Assembly (NCBI RefSeq): GCF_006717045.1
Contig: NZ_VFPH01000001.1
Span: 3,643,462-3,675,461 of the forward strand
From: Pseudonocardia cypriaca
GTDB taxonomy: Bacteria; Actinomycetota; Actinomycetes; Mycobacteriales; Pseudonocardiaceae
Reading direction: 5' to 3'
Length of the DNA: 32,000 nt
The translations under genes were made by a program, and so were the position numbers. Below the pieces are notes generated by a model, which was not told where the DNA came from, did not search any database, and saw only the letters and a list, made by a program, of their open reading frames with translations. Below are positions 17,303-25,024 of the stretch, one piece after another (within the stretch, counting starts at the first letter, position 1; each line of letters starts with the position of its first letter).

Positions 17303-18780
17303 GGGCCTGTCAAGAAGTCTGTGTAAGTCGATCTAGGAATCGGTCAGGTCAGGTAGGGGTTGATGCGCTCGGGGTAGGCCAGGGCGAGCGAGCCGAGGGC
17401 CTGTTTCCAGCCCTGGACGACGGCGCCTTCGACCAGCCGGCCCGGGGCCTTGCGTTCGTTGGCTGGTAGGCCCTTCTCCTTCGCCCGGGCGCGGGCGCGT
17501 TTGTCCTCAATGTCGCGGATCGCCAGCCACAGCAACTTGATCGCGGCGTCGTCGTTCGGGAAGTGCCCCCGGTTCTTGATGATCTTCCGAAGTTGGTAGT
17601 TCAGCGACTCGATCGCGTTCGTCGTGTAGATGATCTTCCGGAGCTCGGGTGGGAACGCCAGGAACGGGATGAACCGCTCCCAGGCGTTCACCCAGGTCGC
17701 CACGGCGGCCGGGTACTTCTTGCCGAGGCTGGAGCTGGCGAAGCTGTCCAACTCGGTGCGGGCGATCTCGTCGGTGGGGGCGGTGTAGATCGGCCGCAGC
17801 GCCGCGGCGACCTTCTTGCGGTCGGCGTAGGAGACGAACCGCATCGCCGCGCGCAGCAGGTGCACCGTGCAGGTCTGCACGATGCTCTGCGGCCAGGTCG
17901 CTTCGATGGCCTCGGGGAATCCGCTCAGCCCGTCGCAACACACGATCAGCACGTCCCGCACGCCGCGGTTGCGCAGCTCGGCGCACACCCCGGCCCAGAA
18001 CTTCGCCCCCTCGGCTGCCTGCACCCAGATCCCGAGCACGTGCTTGACGCCGTCGAGGTCGACCCCGACGGCCAGGTGCGCGGACCGGTTGCGGACCTGG
18101 TGCCCGTCCCGCACTTTGATCACCAGCGCGTCCAGGTAGACGATCGGGTAGATCTCCTCCAGCGGGCGGGACTGCCAGGCCTTCACCTCCTCCAACACCG
18201 AGTCGGTGATCTTGGAGATGGTGTCGTGGGACAGCTCGGTGCCGATCGTGCGCTGCAGGTGGTGGGCGATGTCGCGCACGGTCATCCCACCCGCATACAG
18301 CGAGATGATCATCTCATCCAGGCCGCCGGTGCGCCGCGAACCCTTCGGCACCAGGCGCGGTTCGAACGTGCCAGACCGGTCCCGCGGAACGTCCAGGGCC
18401 ACGTCGCCGACCTCGGTGGCCACCGTCTTCGGGCTGGTGCCGTTGCGCGAGTTCGGCGTCCCACGCCCGGCCGGGTCGCCTTTCTCGTAGCCCAGGTGCG
18501 CGGTCTGCTCGACCGCCAAGCCGCGTTCGAGCACCGCTTTGATCATCTCCGGGAGGAAACCACCATCGCCGGTCAAGGCGAGCTCGCCCGCATCGACCTG
18601 GGACATGAGCTGATCCAGCAGGCCGGCCTCGATCATGCTGTTCACCGCGTCCCGCGCGGTCACCGGCCCGGCATCATCGTCGGCGCCGAGAGGATGGCCA
18701 GCCCGTGGCTCACCGGTCATGGTCATCTGTGTACTCCTCAACTCAAGAGGATCTTGTTACACAGACCATCTGACACGCTC
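17303..18780 (-). mobile_element. IS256-family insertion sequence, 1478 bp
   Basis: 8-bp target duplication CGCCTCGC at 17295-17302 and 18781-18788. Imperfect terminal inverted repeats GGGCCTGTCAAGAAGTCTGTGTAAGTCGATC / GAGCGTGTCAGATGGTCTGTGTAACAAGATC match at 20 of 31 positions and share a GTCTGTGTAA core. Single Mutator/IS256-type transposase gene. Confidence 0.85.
17344..18726 (-). CDS. IS256-family (Mutator-type) transposase
   Basis: 460 aa from the ATG at 18726, with GAGGAG 7 nt upstream; the ORF track starts at a TTG at 18741. Family-typical stretches: NSRNGTSPKTV, FEPRLVPKGSRR, MIISLYAGGMTVRDI, IVYLDALVIKVR, TTNAIESLN. Confidence 0.9.
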   Translation of the reverse strand: MTMTGEPRAGHPLGADDDAGPVTARDAVNSMIEAGLLDQLMSQVDAGELALTGDGGFLPEMIKAVLERGLAVEQTAHLGYEKGDPAGRGTPNSRNGTSPKTVATEVGDVALDVPRDRSGTFEPRLVPKGSRRTGGLDEMIISLYAGGMTVRDIAHHLQRTIGTELSHDTISKITDSVLEEVKAWQSRPLEEIYPIVYLDALVIKVRDGHQVRNRSAHLAVGVDLDGVKHVLGIWVQAAEGAKFWAGVCAELRNRGVRDVLIVCCDGLSGFPEAIEATWPQSIVQTCTVHLLRAAMRFVSYADRKKVAAALRPIYTAPTDEIARTELDSFASSSLGKKYPAAVATWVNAWERFIPFLAFPPELRKIIYTTNAIESLNYQLRKIIKNRGHFPNDDAAIKLLWLAIRDIEDKRARARAKEKGLPANERKAPGRLVEGAVVQGWKQALGSLALAYPERINPYLT

Positions 18781-19320
18781 CGCCTCGCCGCCGCCTGCTG
18801 GGCCCACGAGGTCCGCATCGCGCCCACTCGCCATCAGGCCGCACTGGTGGTCGTCGACGTGATTCGACGTGACCCGCTCGCGGCCCGCACCGTGCTCACC
18901 CCCGCCGTCCTGGACGACCTCGACGGGGACGACACGTCACCGCGCTCCAGGAACGGTGCCACTGCGCCGCTCCCGGACCGCTCCACCCTGCAGCCCAACG
19001 CACCCGCGGACTTCCCGACCGTGCAAGCCACCCGCAACGGCACCAGCACCAACGGCTCGGGCCCGCGCAACACCGGCAAGACCCCGGCCACCACACCGGC
19101 CGGTAGCGCAAGCGACTCCGAACCATCCGTGACCGGGTTCGGAGGCGTGGACGTCAGCGACTACGTCTAGCCACACCACTCGCCCATACGGGCAGAACTC
19201 GTCTGATCGTCCACATCGGACGGGGAACGGGATGCGAGGACCACGCACCCCGACAGGGGAACCGCGCTCGCACCCCGCTTCTCCGCCAGCAAGGAGAACA
19301 CCAACGACACCACGACACGC

Positions 19321-20166
19321 ATGAAGGACACGATCACGATGACCCGCCCACACCGCCGCCGGCGCACCCGCCGCACCTGCCAACCGCTGTCGATCTACAG
19401 CCCGATCCACTTCGGGATTGACGAGAACGGCCTCCCCGTGGAGGTCACCCTGATGTACCGCAACCTGCTCATCGGAGGCGAACCCGGCTCCGGCAAGTCC
19501 AGCCTGCTCAACACCATCATCGCCCACGCCGCCCTAGCTTCGGACGTGAAGCTGTGGCTGTTCGACGGCAAGATCGTCGAACTCGGCTTGTGGCGTTCGG
19601 TGGCCGACGTGTTCGTCGGCAACAACATCCGCCACGCCCTGGACAAGCTCCGCGAGCTCCAGGCCGAGATGGACCTGCGCTACCGGCAGCTCGACGCCGT
19701 CAAGCGCCGCAAGATCGTCGACACCGATGGTCTGGACACGATCCTGTGCGTGATCGACGAGATCGCCTACTTCACCGCCACGATCGGCACCAAGGAAGAA
19801 CAGGACGAGTTCCGCAACCTGGTCCGTGACCTCGTCGCCCGGGGTCGGGCCGCCGGAATCATCGTCGTCGGTGCCACCCAGCGGCCGTCGGCCGACATCA
19901 TCCCGACCTCGCTGCGGGACCTGTTCGGGTTTCGGGTCGCCTTCCGCTGTACCACCGACTCCAGCTCGGACATCATCTTGTCCCAGGGTTGGGCCAAGGA
20001 AGGCTATTCCGCTAAGAACATCCGCCCGGAAGACATCGGGGTCGGATGGATCCTCGCCGAAGGCGGCCTCCCACGCCGATTCAAGGCCGCCTACCTGACC
20101 GACGCACAGATCGAAGCGGTCATCACCACCGCACTGCGTATTCGCGGCATCGACCCCGCCGCATAA
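19321..20166 (+). CDS. FtsK/SpoIIIE-family DNA-translocase ATPase (TraSA/TraB-like conjugal transfer protein)
   Basis: 281 aa with Walker A GGEPGSGKSS, Walker B LCVIDEIAYF and the family-typical IIVVGATQRPS. Confidence 0.85.
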   Translation: MKDTITMTRPHRRRRTRRTCQPLSIYSPIHFGIDENGLPVEVTLMYRNLLIGGEPGSGKSSLLNTIIAHAALASDVKLWLFDGKIVELGLWRSVADVFVGNNIRHALDKLRELQAEMDLRYRQLDAVKRRKIVDTDGLDTILCVIDEIAYFTATIGTKEEQDEFRNLVRDLVARGRAAGIIVVGATQRPSADIIPTSLRDLFGFRVAFRCTTDSSSDIILSQGWAKEGYSAKNIRPEDIGVGWILAEGGLPRRFKAAYLTDAQIEAVITTALRIRGIDPAA

Positions 20167-20229
20167 CCCACACCAGCAAGAACCATCCCGGATAGCACCC
20201 GCTATTCGGATCACAGGAGGAGTCTGCCC

Positions 20230-20388
20230 ATGTTCACCCTGATCGTGACCGCACTCGTGGTCCTGGCCGCGCTCGGAATCCTCGTCCGGATCGCCGATGC
20301 GACCAGCACGGATTCCGTGACCACCTCACGGGCTCCCAGAGTCTCCGTGACGGTCCGGCCCTCCGCTCACCTGCGGGCCATCCGATGA
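20230..20388 (+). CDS. Small membrane protein, 52 aa, below the ORF-track length cutoff
   Basis: AGGAGGA lies 8 nt upstream of the ATG. N-terminal hydrophobic helix MFTLIVTALVVLAALGILV. Its stop overlaps the next start (ATGA at 20385-20388). Confidence 0.55.
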   Translation: MFTLIVTALVVLAALGILVRIADATSTDSVTTSRAPRVSVTVRPSAHLRAIR

Positions 20389-20717
20389 GCGCCCCGACCG
20401 TCAACCCAGCCTTGACACCAAACCGACCCAACCGGTCCCGTCCTGGTCGGACCACCCGGGCCCGCCGGAACGTGGTGGAGAACGACGACTACGCCGCCTT
20501 CACCCGCCGCGTCATCGCCGCCCACGGTCGACGCATCGCCCGCGGCGACATCGAAGGCCTCGCCACCCTGGCCGGCCTCGCCGACGACATCAACACCGCC
20601 CTCCAGCAGGCCATCACCGGCCTACGCGCCGCCGGCTTCTCCTGGGCCGACATCGCCACCCGGCTCGGCATCACCCGCCAAGCCGCCCAGCAACGCTGGG
20701 GAGGCGAACCCTCATGA
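20385..20717 (+). CDS. Small AICE protein with C-terminal helix-turn-helix
   Basis: 110 aa. C-terminal FSWADIATRLGITRQAAQQRWG is HTH-like. ATGA coupling at both ends. Confidence 0.6.
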   Translation: MSAPTVNPALTPNRPNRSRPGRTTRARRNVVENDDYAAFTRRVIAAHGRRIARGDIEGLATLAGLADDINTALQQAITGLRAAGFSWADIATRLGITRQAAQQRWGGEPS

Positions 20718-21001
20718 CCACCACACCGCAGTACGTCCACGACGACTACCTGCAGCACAACCTGATGCTCGTCAAAACCGGCCGCAAATCACGGGCACCC
20801 GGCATCCGCCGCTGCCCCGACTGCGCCGAACCGTTCATTGACGACCACACCGGCCTCCCACACTGCCCGAACTGCCGCACCGGGCACCGCCGCCGCTGCG
20901 AAAGCTGCCGACAGCTCATCACCAACACCGCCGAAGGTGACCGGTACTGCCTGTCCTGCCAAAACCAACCCACCCTCTTCGAAACGGAGTTCACCCCATG
21001 A
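20714..21001 (+). CDS. Zinc-ribbon-like Cys-rich small protein
   Basis: 95 aa with CPDC...CPNC...CESC...CLSC, four CxxC pairs. Translationally coupled on both sides. Confidence 0.55.
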   Translation: MTTTPQYVHDDYLQHNLMLVKTGRKSRAPGIRRCPDCAEPFIDDHTGLPHCPNCRTGHRRRCESCRQLITNTAEGDRYCLSCQNQPTLFETEFTP

Positions 21002-21207
21002 CCAACACCCAGCTTCCGACCGAAGCCCAGCGATTCATCCTGGTCTGCTCCGCATGCCACGAACTTGCAGCCATGAAGCCACCCCGGGAATGGACCCCCG
21101 CGTGGGGATCTCCACCACCGCACTCCCATTGGGACGGCGAACCGCTCTGTGCGGTCATGACCCGCACCGGCTACCGGTCGGCCGAACCCATGCTTGTGGA
21201 GACCTGA
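20998..21207 (+). CDS. Hypothetical small AICE protein
   Basis: 69 aa. ATGA overlap with the upstream gene. One CSAC motif. Confidence 0.45.
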   Translation: MTNTQLPTEAQRFILVCSACHELAAMKPPREWTPAWGSPPPHSHWDGEPLCAVMTRTGYRSAEPMLVET

Positions 21208-21209
21208 CC

Positions 21210-21581
21210 ATGAGCATCGAACACAGCCGCTGCTACATCGTCACCTGCGATACCTGCCACGTCACGTTCGACGAAACCGGCGCCGACTACGTCGTCCATT
21301 TCGACACCCCTGATGAGGCCATCGGCTACATCACCGAACACGGCTGGACCCTCACCGAAGACGGGGAACCACGCTGCCACCGCTGCACCGCAGCCATCCA
21401 CTGCGCCCGCGACGGGCACGACTACAGCCCCTGGCATCCCTGCGCCTGCCAAGGGCGCGTCCCGGATCACGCCCTCTACGGCTGCGGACTGTTCCGCTTC
21501 TGCCACGACTGTGATCACCACGAAACCGCCACCCTCGCAGACCTACCGACGGTCGAAGAGCCACACACCTTCGGTCGTTGA
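21210..21581 (+). CDS. Cys/His-rich hypothetical AICE protein
   Basis: ATG at 21210 inside ORF 20838..21581. 123 aa starting MSIEHSRCYIVTCDTCH, with many C/H pairs (CHRC, CHDCDHH). Confidence 0.5.
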   Translation: MSIEHSRCYIVTCDTCHVTFDETGADYVVHFDTPDEAIGYITEHGWTLTEDGEPRCHRCTAAIHCARDGHDYSPWHPCACQGRVPDHALYGCGLFRFCHDCDHHETATLADLPTVEEPHTFGR

Positions 21582-21681
21582 CGGCGACCCCCACCCCCGG
21601 CCCACCCCACACGCCCACGTGATCAGGGAGTCCGGGGGTGGTGGTGACCGCCAACCACCAACCACCAGCAAGGAGAACCCC

Positions 21682-22035
21682 ATGACCGCCACCCTCGACA
21701 CCCCCGCCATCCCGACCACGACCACCGCCAGCGCAAGCACCACCGCGGTGCCGAACGCCCGTGGGGAAGCCGCGTTCCTGCGCGCCGAGACCTACAGCCT
21801 GACCGCCCGCGAGATCGTCTACGCCCTCGCCGCGCACCTGACCAACTTCGGCGACACCCTCGCCATCCAGGTGGTCGACCCCCTCACGGCGATCGACGCG
21901 CACATGCGGTTCAACGGCGACCTCACCGCCTGGACCCGCGGCCGCACCCCCACCGACGTGGCCGCCGTCCGCGCCCGCGCCGAGCAGATCGCCCGTGACT
22001 ACTTCGGCACCTACTTCCCCGCCATCCCCTGGTAG
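21682..22035 (+). CDS. Hypothetical AICE protein, 117 aa
   Basis: ATG at 21682 preceded by AAGGAGAA, inside ORF 21313..22035. Confidence 0.55.
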   Translation: MTATLDTPAIPTTTTASASTTAVPNARGEAAFLRAETYSLTAREIVYALAAHLTNFGDTLAIQVVDPLTAIDAHMRFNGDLTAWTRGRTPTDVAAVRARAEQIARDYFGTYFPAIPW

Positions 22036-22041
22036 CCGCCC

Positions 22042-23556
22042 ATGCCCACCACTCAAGCTCTGTCCCTGCATGAGCGGAAACTGCTACGCCGCGCGAGCTC
22101 TGACCACCTCAACCGCTGGCTCGCCCACACCGCCAGCACCCGGGGCTGCCGCCGACCCGTCCGCCTCACCGGCTCCATCGACACCGTCGAACGCGCCACC
22201 GGCCGCATCCTCGACACCCGCCACACCGCCTCGGACATGCCCGATGGGGTGCTCTATGTGCCCTGCGGGGACCGCCGCGCCTCGGTCTGCCCACCCTGCG
22301 CCGAGACCTACCGCGCCGACACCTACCAACTCATCAAAGCCGGCCTCACCGGAGGCAAGGGCGTCCCGTCATCTGTGGCCGGGCATCCGGCCGTGTTCGC
22401 CACCCTCACTGCGCCCTCGTTCGGGCCGGTCCACTCCCGCCGGGTCAATCCCAAGACGGGCAAGGTCGCCCCCTGCCACATGCGCCGCTCCGCCACCCGC
22501 TGCCCGCACGGGAGGCTCCTGGTCTGCACCGCCCGCCACACCGACAACCACCCCTCGTTGGGCCGGCCGTTGTGCCTGGACTGCTACGACCACGCTCACC
22601 ACGTTGTCTGGAACGCCTGGGCCGGCGAACTCTGGCGCCGCACCATGATCCGACTCGGTCGCAACCTCCGGCCGTACGAGCATGCCTACGGGATCCGGCT
22701 ACGGGTCTCCTACGGCAAGGTCGCCGAATACCAACGCCGCGGAGTCGTTCACTTCCACGCCCTCATCCGGCTCGACGTCCGCCCGAACACCGACCCGAAG
22801 CGCGGCCCGGTCGGGGACCCGGATGCCATACTCGCCCCGCCAGCGGACATCACCGCACAGGACCTCGCCGAGCTCGTCGCCGCCGCCGCACAGTCCACCG
22901 GGTTCGACACCATCCCGTATGCGGACACCGGCCACACCTGGCCCATGCACTGGGGATCCCAACTCGACGTCCGCCCCGTCGGGAACCTCGGCACCGGACA
23001 GATCACCTCAGAGGCCGTCGCCGCCTATCTTGCGAAGTACGCGACCAAGGCCACCGAAACCACCGGCCTCCCGCCCACCGGCCGCATGACGGCTGAGGCT
23101 GCCGAGCACTACAGCGACGCCCACACCCACCTCGGACGTCTCGTCGCCTACGCCTTCCAGCTCGGCACCCTGCCCCAGGACTGGACCACCGACGAACAAC
23201 AAGCGGAATGGCACGCCACCTGGGGCCGGCTCCGCCGCTGGACCCACATGCTCGGCTTCGGCGGCCACTTCGCCACCAAATCCCGCCGCTACTCCACCAC
23301 CCACAAAGCCCTCCGCGCGCAGCGCCGGGCCTGGCACCGCCACCAGCACACCGACTGGCGCCGCCGCCACACCGACCGCCTCGAGCACCAACACGAACAC
23401 GACGATGACACCACGTTGATCGTCTGCCAGCTCACCCTGGCCGGGATCGGCTGGAACACCACCGGCGACGCCCAACTCGCCGCCGACGCGGCAGACCGCG
23501 CCCGTGCGCACCGGCAGCTGGTGAAGCAGGAACGCACCACCGCACGACCCGCGTGA
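22042..23556 (+). CDS. repSA: RepSA-type replication initiator protein
   Basis: 504 aa with family-typical segments VPCGDRRASVCPPCAETYRADTY, FATLTAPSFGPVH, LCLDCYD and YQRRGVVHFHALIRLD. Located immediately upstream of xis-int, as in pSAM2. Confidence 0.9.
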   Translation: MPTTQALSLHERKLLRRASSDHLNRWLAHTASTRGCRRPVRLTGSIDTVERATGRILDTRHTASDMPDGVLYVPCGDRRASVCPPCAETYRADTYQLIKAGLTGGKGVPSSVAGHPAVFATLTAPSFGPVHSRRVNPKTGKVAPCHMRRSATRCPHGRLLVCTARHTDNHPSLGRPLCLDCYDHAHHVVWNAWAGELWRRTMIRLGRNLRPYEHAYGIRLRVSYGKVAEYQRRGVVHFHALIRLDVRPNTDPKRGPVGDPDAILAPPADITAQDLAELVAAAAQSTGFDTIPYADTGHTWPMHWGSQLDVRPVGNLGTGQITSEAVAAYLAKYATKATETTGLPPTGRMTAEAAEHYSDAHTHLGRLVAYAFQLGTLPQDWTTDEQQAEWHATWGRLRRWTHMLGFGGHFATKSRRYSTTHKALRAQRRAWHRHQHTDWRRRHTDRLEHQHEHDDDTTLIVCQLTLAGIGWNTTGDAQLAADAADRARAHRQLVKQERTTARPA

Positions 23557-23593
23557 CCCTCACCCACCCCCATGAATCAGGAGCTAGGAAGCC

Positions 23594-23782
23594 ATGGAAC
23601 GCGTACTACTGACCGCCGAGGAGGTCGCCGAAGCCCTCCACATCGGCCGCTGCACCGTCTACGACCTGATCCGCACCGGACAACTCCGATCCTTCAAGAT
23701 CGGCAAGCTCCGCCGCATCCCCGTCGACGCCCTCCACGAGTACGCCCGCCGCATGCTCGACGAGGAAGGCGACGTGGCATGA
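23594..23782 (+). CDS. xis: Excisionase (MerR-like HTH_17 family)
   Basis: 62 aa with LLTAEEVAEALHIGRCTVYDLIRTGQLRSFKIGKLRRIP. Its stop overlaps the int start (ATGA at 23779-23782). Confidence 0.85.
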   Translation: MERVLLTAEEVAEALHIGRCTVYDLIRTGQLRSFKIGKLRRIPVDALHEYARRMLDEEGDVA

Positions 23783-24893
23783 GCGGCCGCAACATCAACG
23801 GCGAGGGCAGCGTCTACCAACGCAAGGATGGACGGTGGGTCGCCGCCGCCTACGTGCCCGTTGTCGGTGGGAGCGTCCGCCGGCAAGCCCTCTACGCCAA
23901 GACCCGCGCGGAGGCGAGCGAGCTGCTGGACCGAGCCGAGAAGCACATCCCGGTGGCTCCCACGAGCCTGACTGTGGCGGGCTACCTCGACGAGTGGTTG
24001 ATCCACGTCAGGCAGCACGTGCGGGCGACGACCTGGGAGGCGTACGAGCGCAATGTTCGGCTCTACCTCATACCTCGCATCGGCAGGAAGAAGCTCACCC
24101 GGCTCACTGTGCGTGATGTGCGGCTGATGATCGACGCTCTACGGGCAGAGGGCATTGGGGCCCGCACGATCCAGTATGTGCACGCCACCTTGCGGGCTGC
24201 TCTCGAACACGCCTATCGGGAGGAGTTGGTCAGTCGCAACTAGCCAAGCTCGTCCGGGTCGAGCGACCGAAGCCGGCGCCCAAGAAGCCGCTCACCATCG
24301 AAGAGGCACGCAAGCTCCTCGACGGCACGACTGATGATCGGTTGCACGCGCTGTGGGTACTGCTGCTCATGCTCGGTCTGCGTCGTAGTGAGGCGTGCGG
24401 GTTGCGCTGGGAGCACATCGACTTCGTCGCCCGCACGCTGCAGATCGTCCAGACCGTTCAGCGGGTGGACGGAAAGCTCCGGGAGTTGCCCACAAAGCCT
24501 CGACGCTCGAACCGTACGGTGCCCCTGCCACCGCGAGTGCTCTTCGCCCTTGCCCGGCACCATCGCCACTTGCAGGAGCACTACGGGGCTCCGGGTCAAC
24601 CTTGGCCACCAGAGGGGTACGTCTTCGGTACACGCCATGGGACTCCGCTGGATCCTCGGAACCTGACCCGCATGTGGAGCGAACTGTGCGCCGACCACGG
24701 CATCCGCGTTGTGCCCCTGCACGGCCTCCGCCACACCTGCGTGAGCTTGTTGCTCGCGCTCGGCGTACACCCGCGGATCGTGATGGAGATCGTCGGTCAC
24801 AGCGCCATGGAGATGACCATGAACGTCTACGGCCACGTGAACCTGGAGGCTCAGCGCAGCGCGCTCGACCACCTCGACGAGCAGCTCTCATGA
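23779..24893 (+). pseudogene. int: Tyrosine integrase interrupted by a 1-nt frameshift at ~24240
   Basis: The N-terminal SAM-like domain ends ...YREELVSRN-TAG at 24241-24243. The catalytic domain continues in another frame from 24240 as LAKLVRVERPKPAPKKPLTIEEARKLLDG...LRRSEACGLRW...HGLRHTCVSLLL...MNVYGHV, which contains the R, HxxR and Y catalytic residues. No stop occurs in the second frame near the junction. Confidence 0.8.
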
Positions 24894-24902
24894 GGGGCTG
24901 TT

Positions 24903-24922
24903 GCTGTCATTTTGAGCTGTCA
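24903..24922 (+). repeat. Two GCTGTCA motifs, candidate arm-type sites (P arm)
   Basis: GCTGTCA at 24903-24909 and 24916-24922, 59-78 nt before the attR core. AGCTGTCAA is shared with 10410-10418. Confidence 0.45.
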
Positions 24923-24980
24923 AAGCGAGGCAAGATCGCTGATCAAGCTTCCGACATGGGACATCCGAGGAATTTCAAGA

Positions 24981-25003
24981 TCGACACCCCCTGACCGTAG
25001 ATC
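24981..25003. repeat. attR core (TCGACACCCCCTGACCGTAGATC)
   Basis: Identical to 10280-10302 and lies 88 nt after the int stop. Confidence 0.85.
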
Positions 25004-25015
25004 AGGGGGTGTCGA
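24981..25015 (-). terminator. Perfect 14-bp-stem hairpin downstream of the MFS gene; the original attB palindrome
   Basis: TCGACACCCCCTGA-CCGTAGA-TCAGGGGGTGTCGA, starting 10 nt after the MFS stop codon on the minus strand. No U tract follows. The left arm, loop and 2 nt constitute the att core. Confidence 0.5.
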
Positions 25016-25024
25016 CCGCAGGGG

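Larger units (their letters stand above)
16746..19170 (+). pseudogene. AICE membrane-protein gene split by the IS256-family insertion (fragments 16746-17302 and 18789-19170)
   Basis: Basic N-terminus MARTRSRGS and two hydrophobic segments. Removing 17303-18788 joins ...DIEDDGERL to AAACWAHEVRIAPTRHQAALVVVDVIRRDPL... in frame, giving 939 nt (312 aa). In the present sequence the 5' fragment runs into the IS and stops at 17336. Confidence 0.75.
10280..25003. mobile_element. Integrated pSAM2-type AICE, ~14.7 kb including both att repeats
   Basis: Exact 23-bp direct repeats at both ends. The repSA-xis-int module abuts attR. An FtsK/SpoIIIE transfer ATPase, a Pra-like gene and small coupled genes are present. 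Composition of the attL-proximal third differs from the flanks. Confidence 0.9.

Noticed and set aside
17563-19170. 535-aa plus-strand ORF overlapping the IS256 transposase
   Set aside because: Most of it is antisense to the transposase gene and non-protein-like. Only its last ~127 codons (18789-19170) are real, as the 3' fragment of the split membrane-protein gene.
24981-25015. tRNA or tmRNA fragment as the integration target
   Set aside because: The sequence is a simple perfect hairpin. I could not build a cloverleaf, and there are no T-loop or anticodon-arm features or CCA-proximal acceptor stem at either junction.
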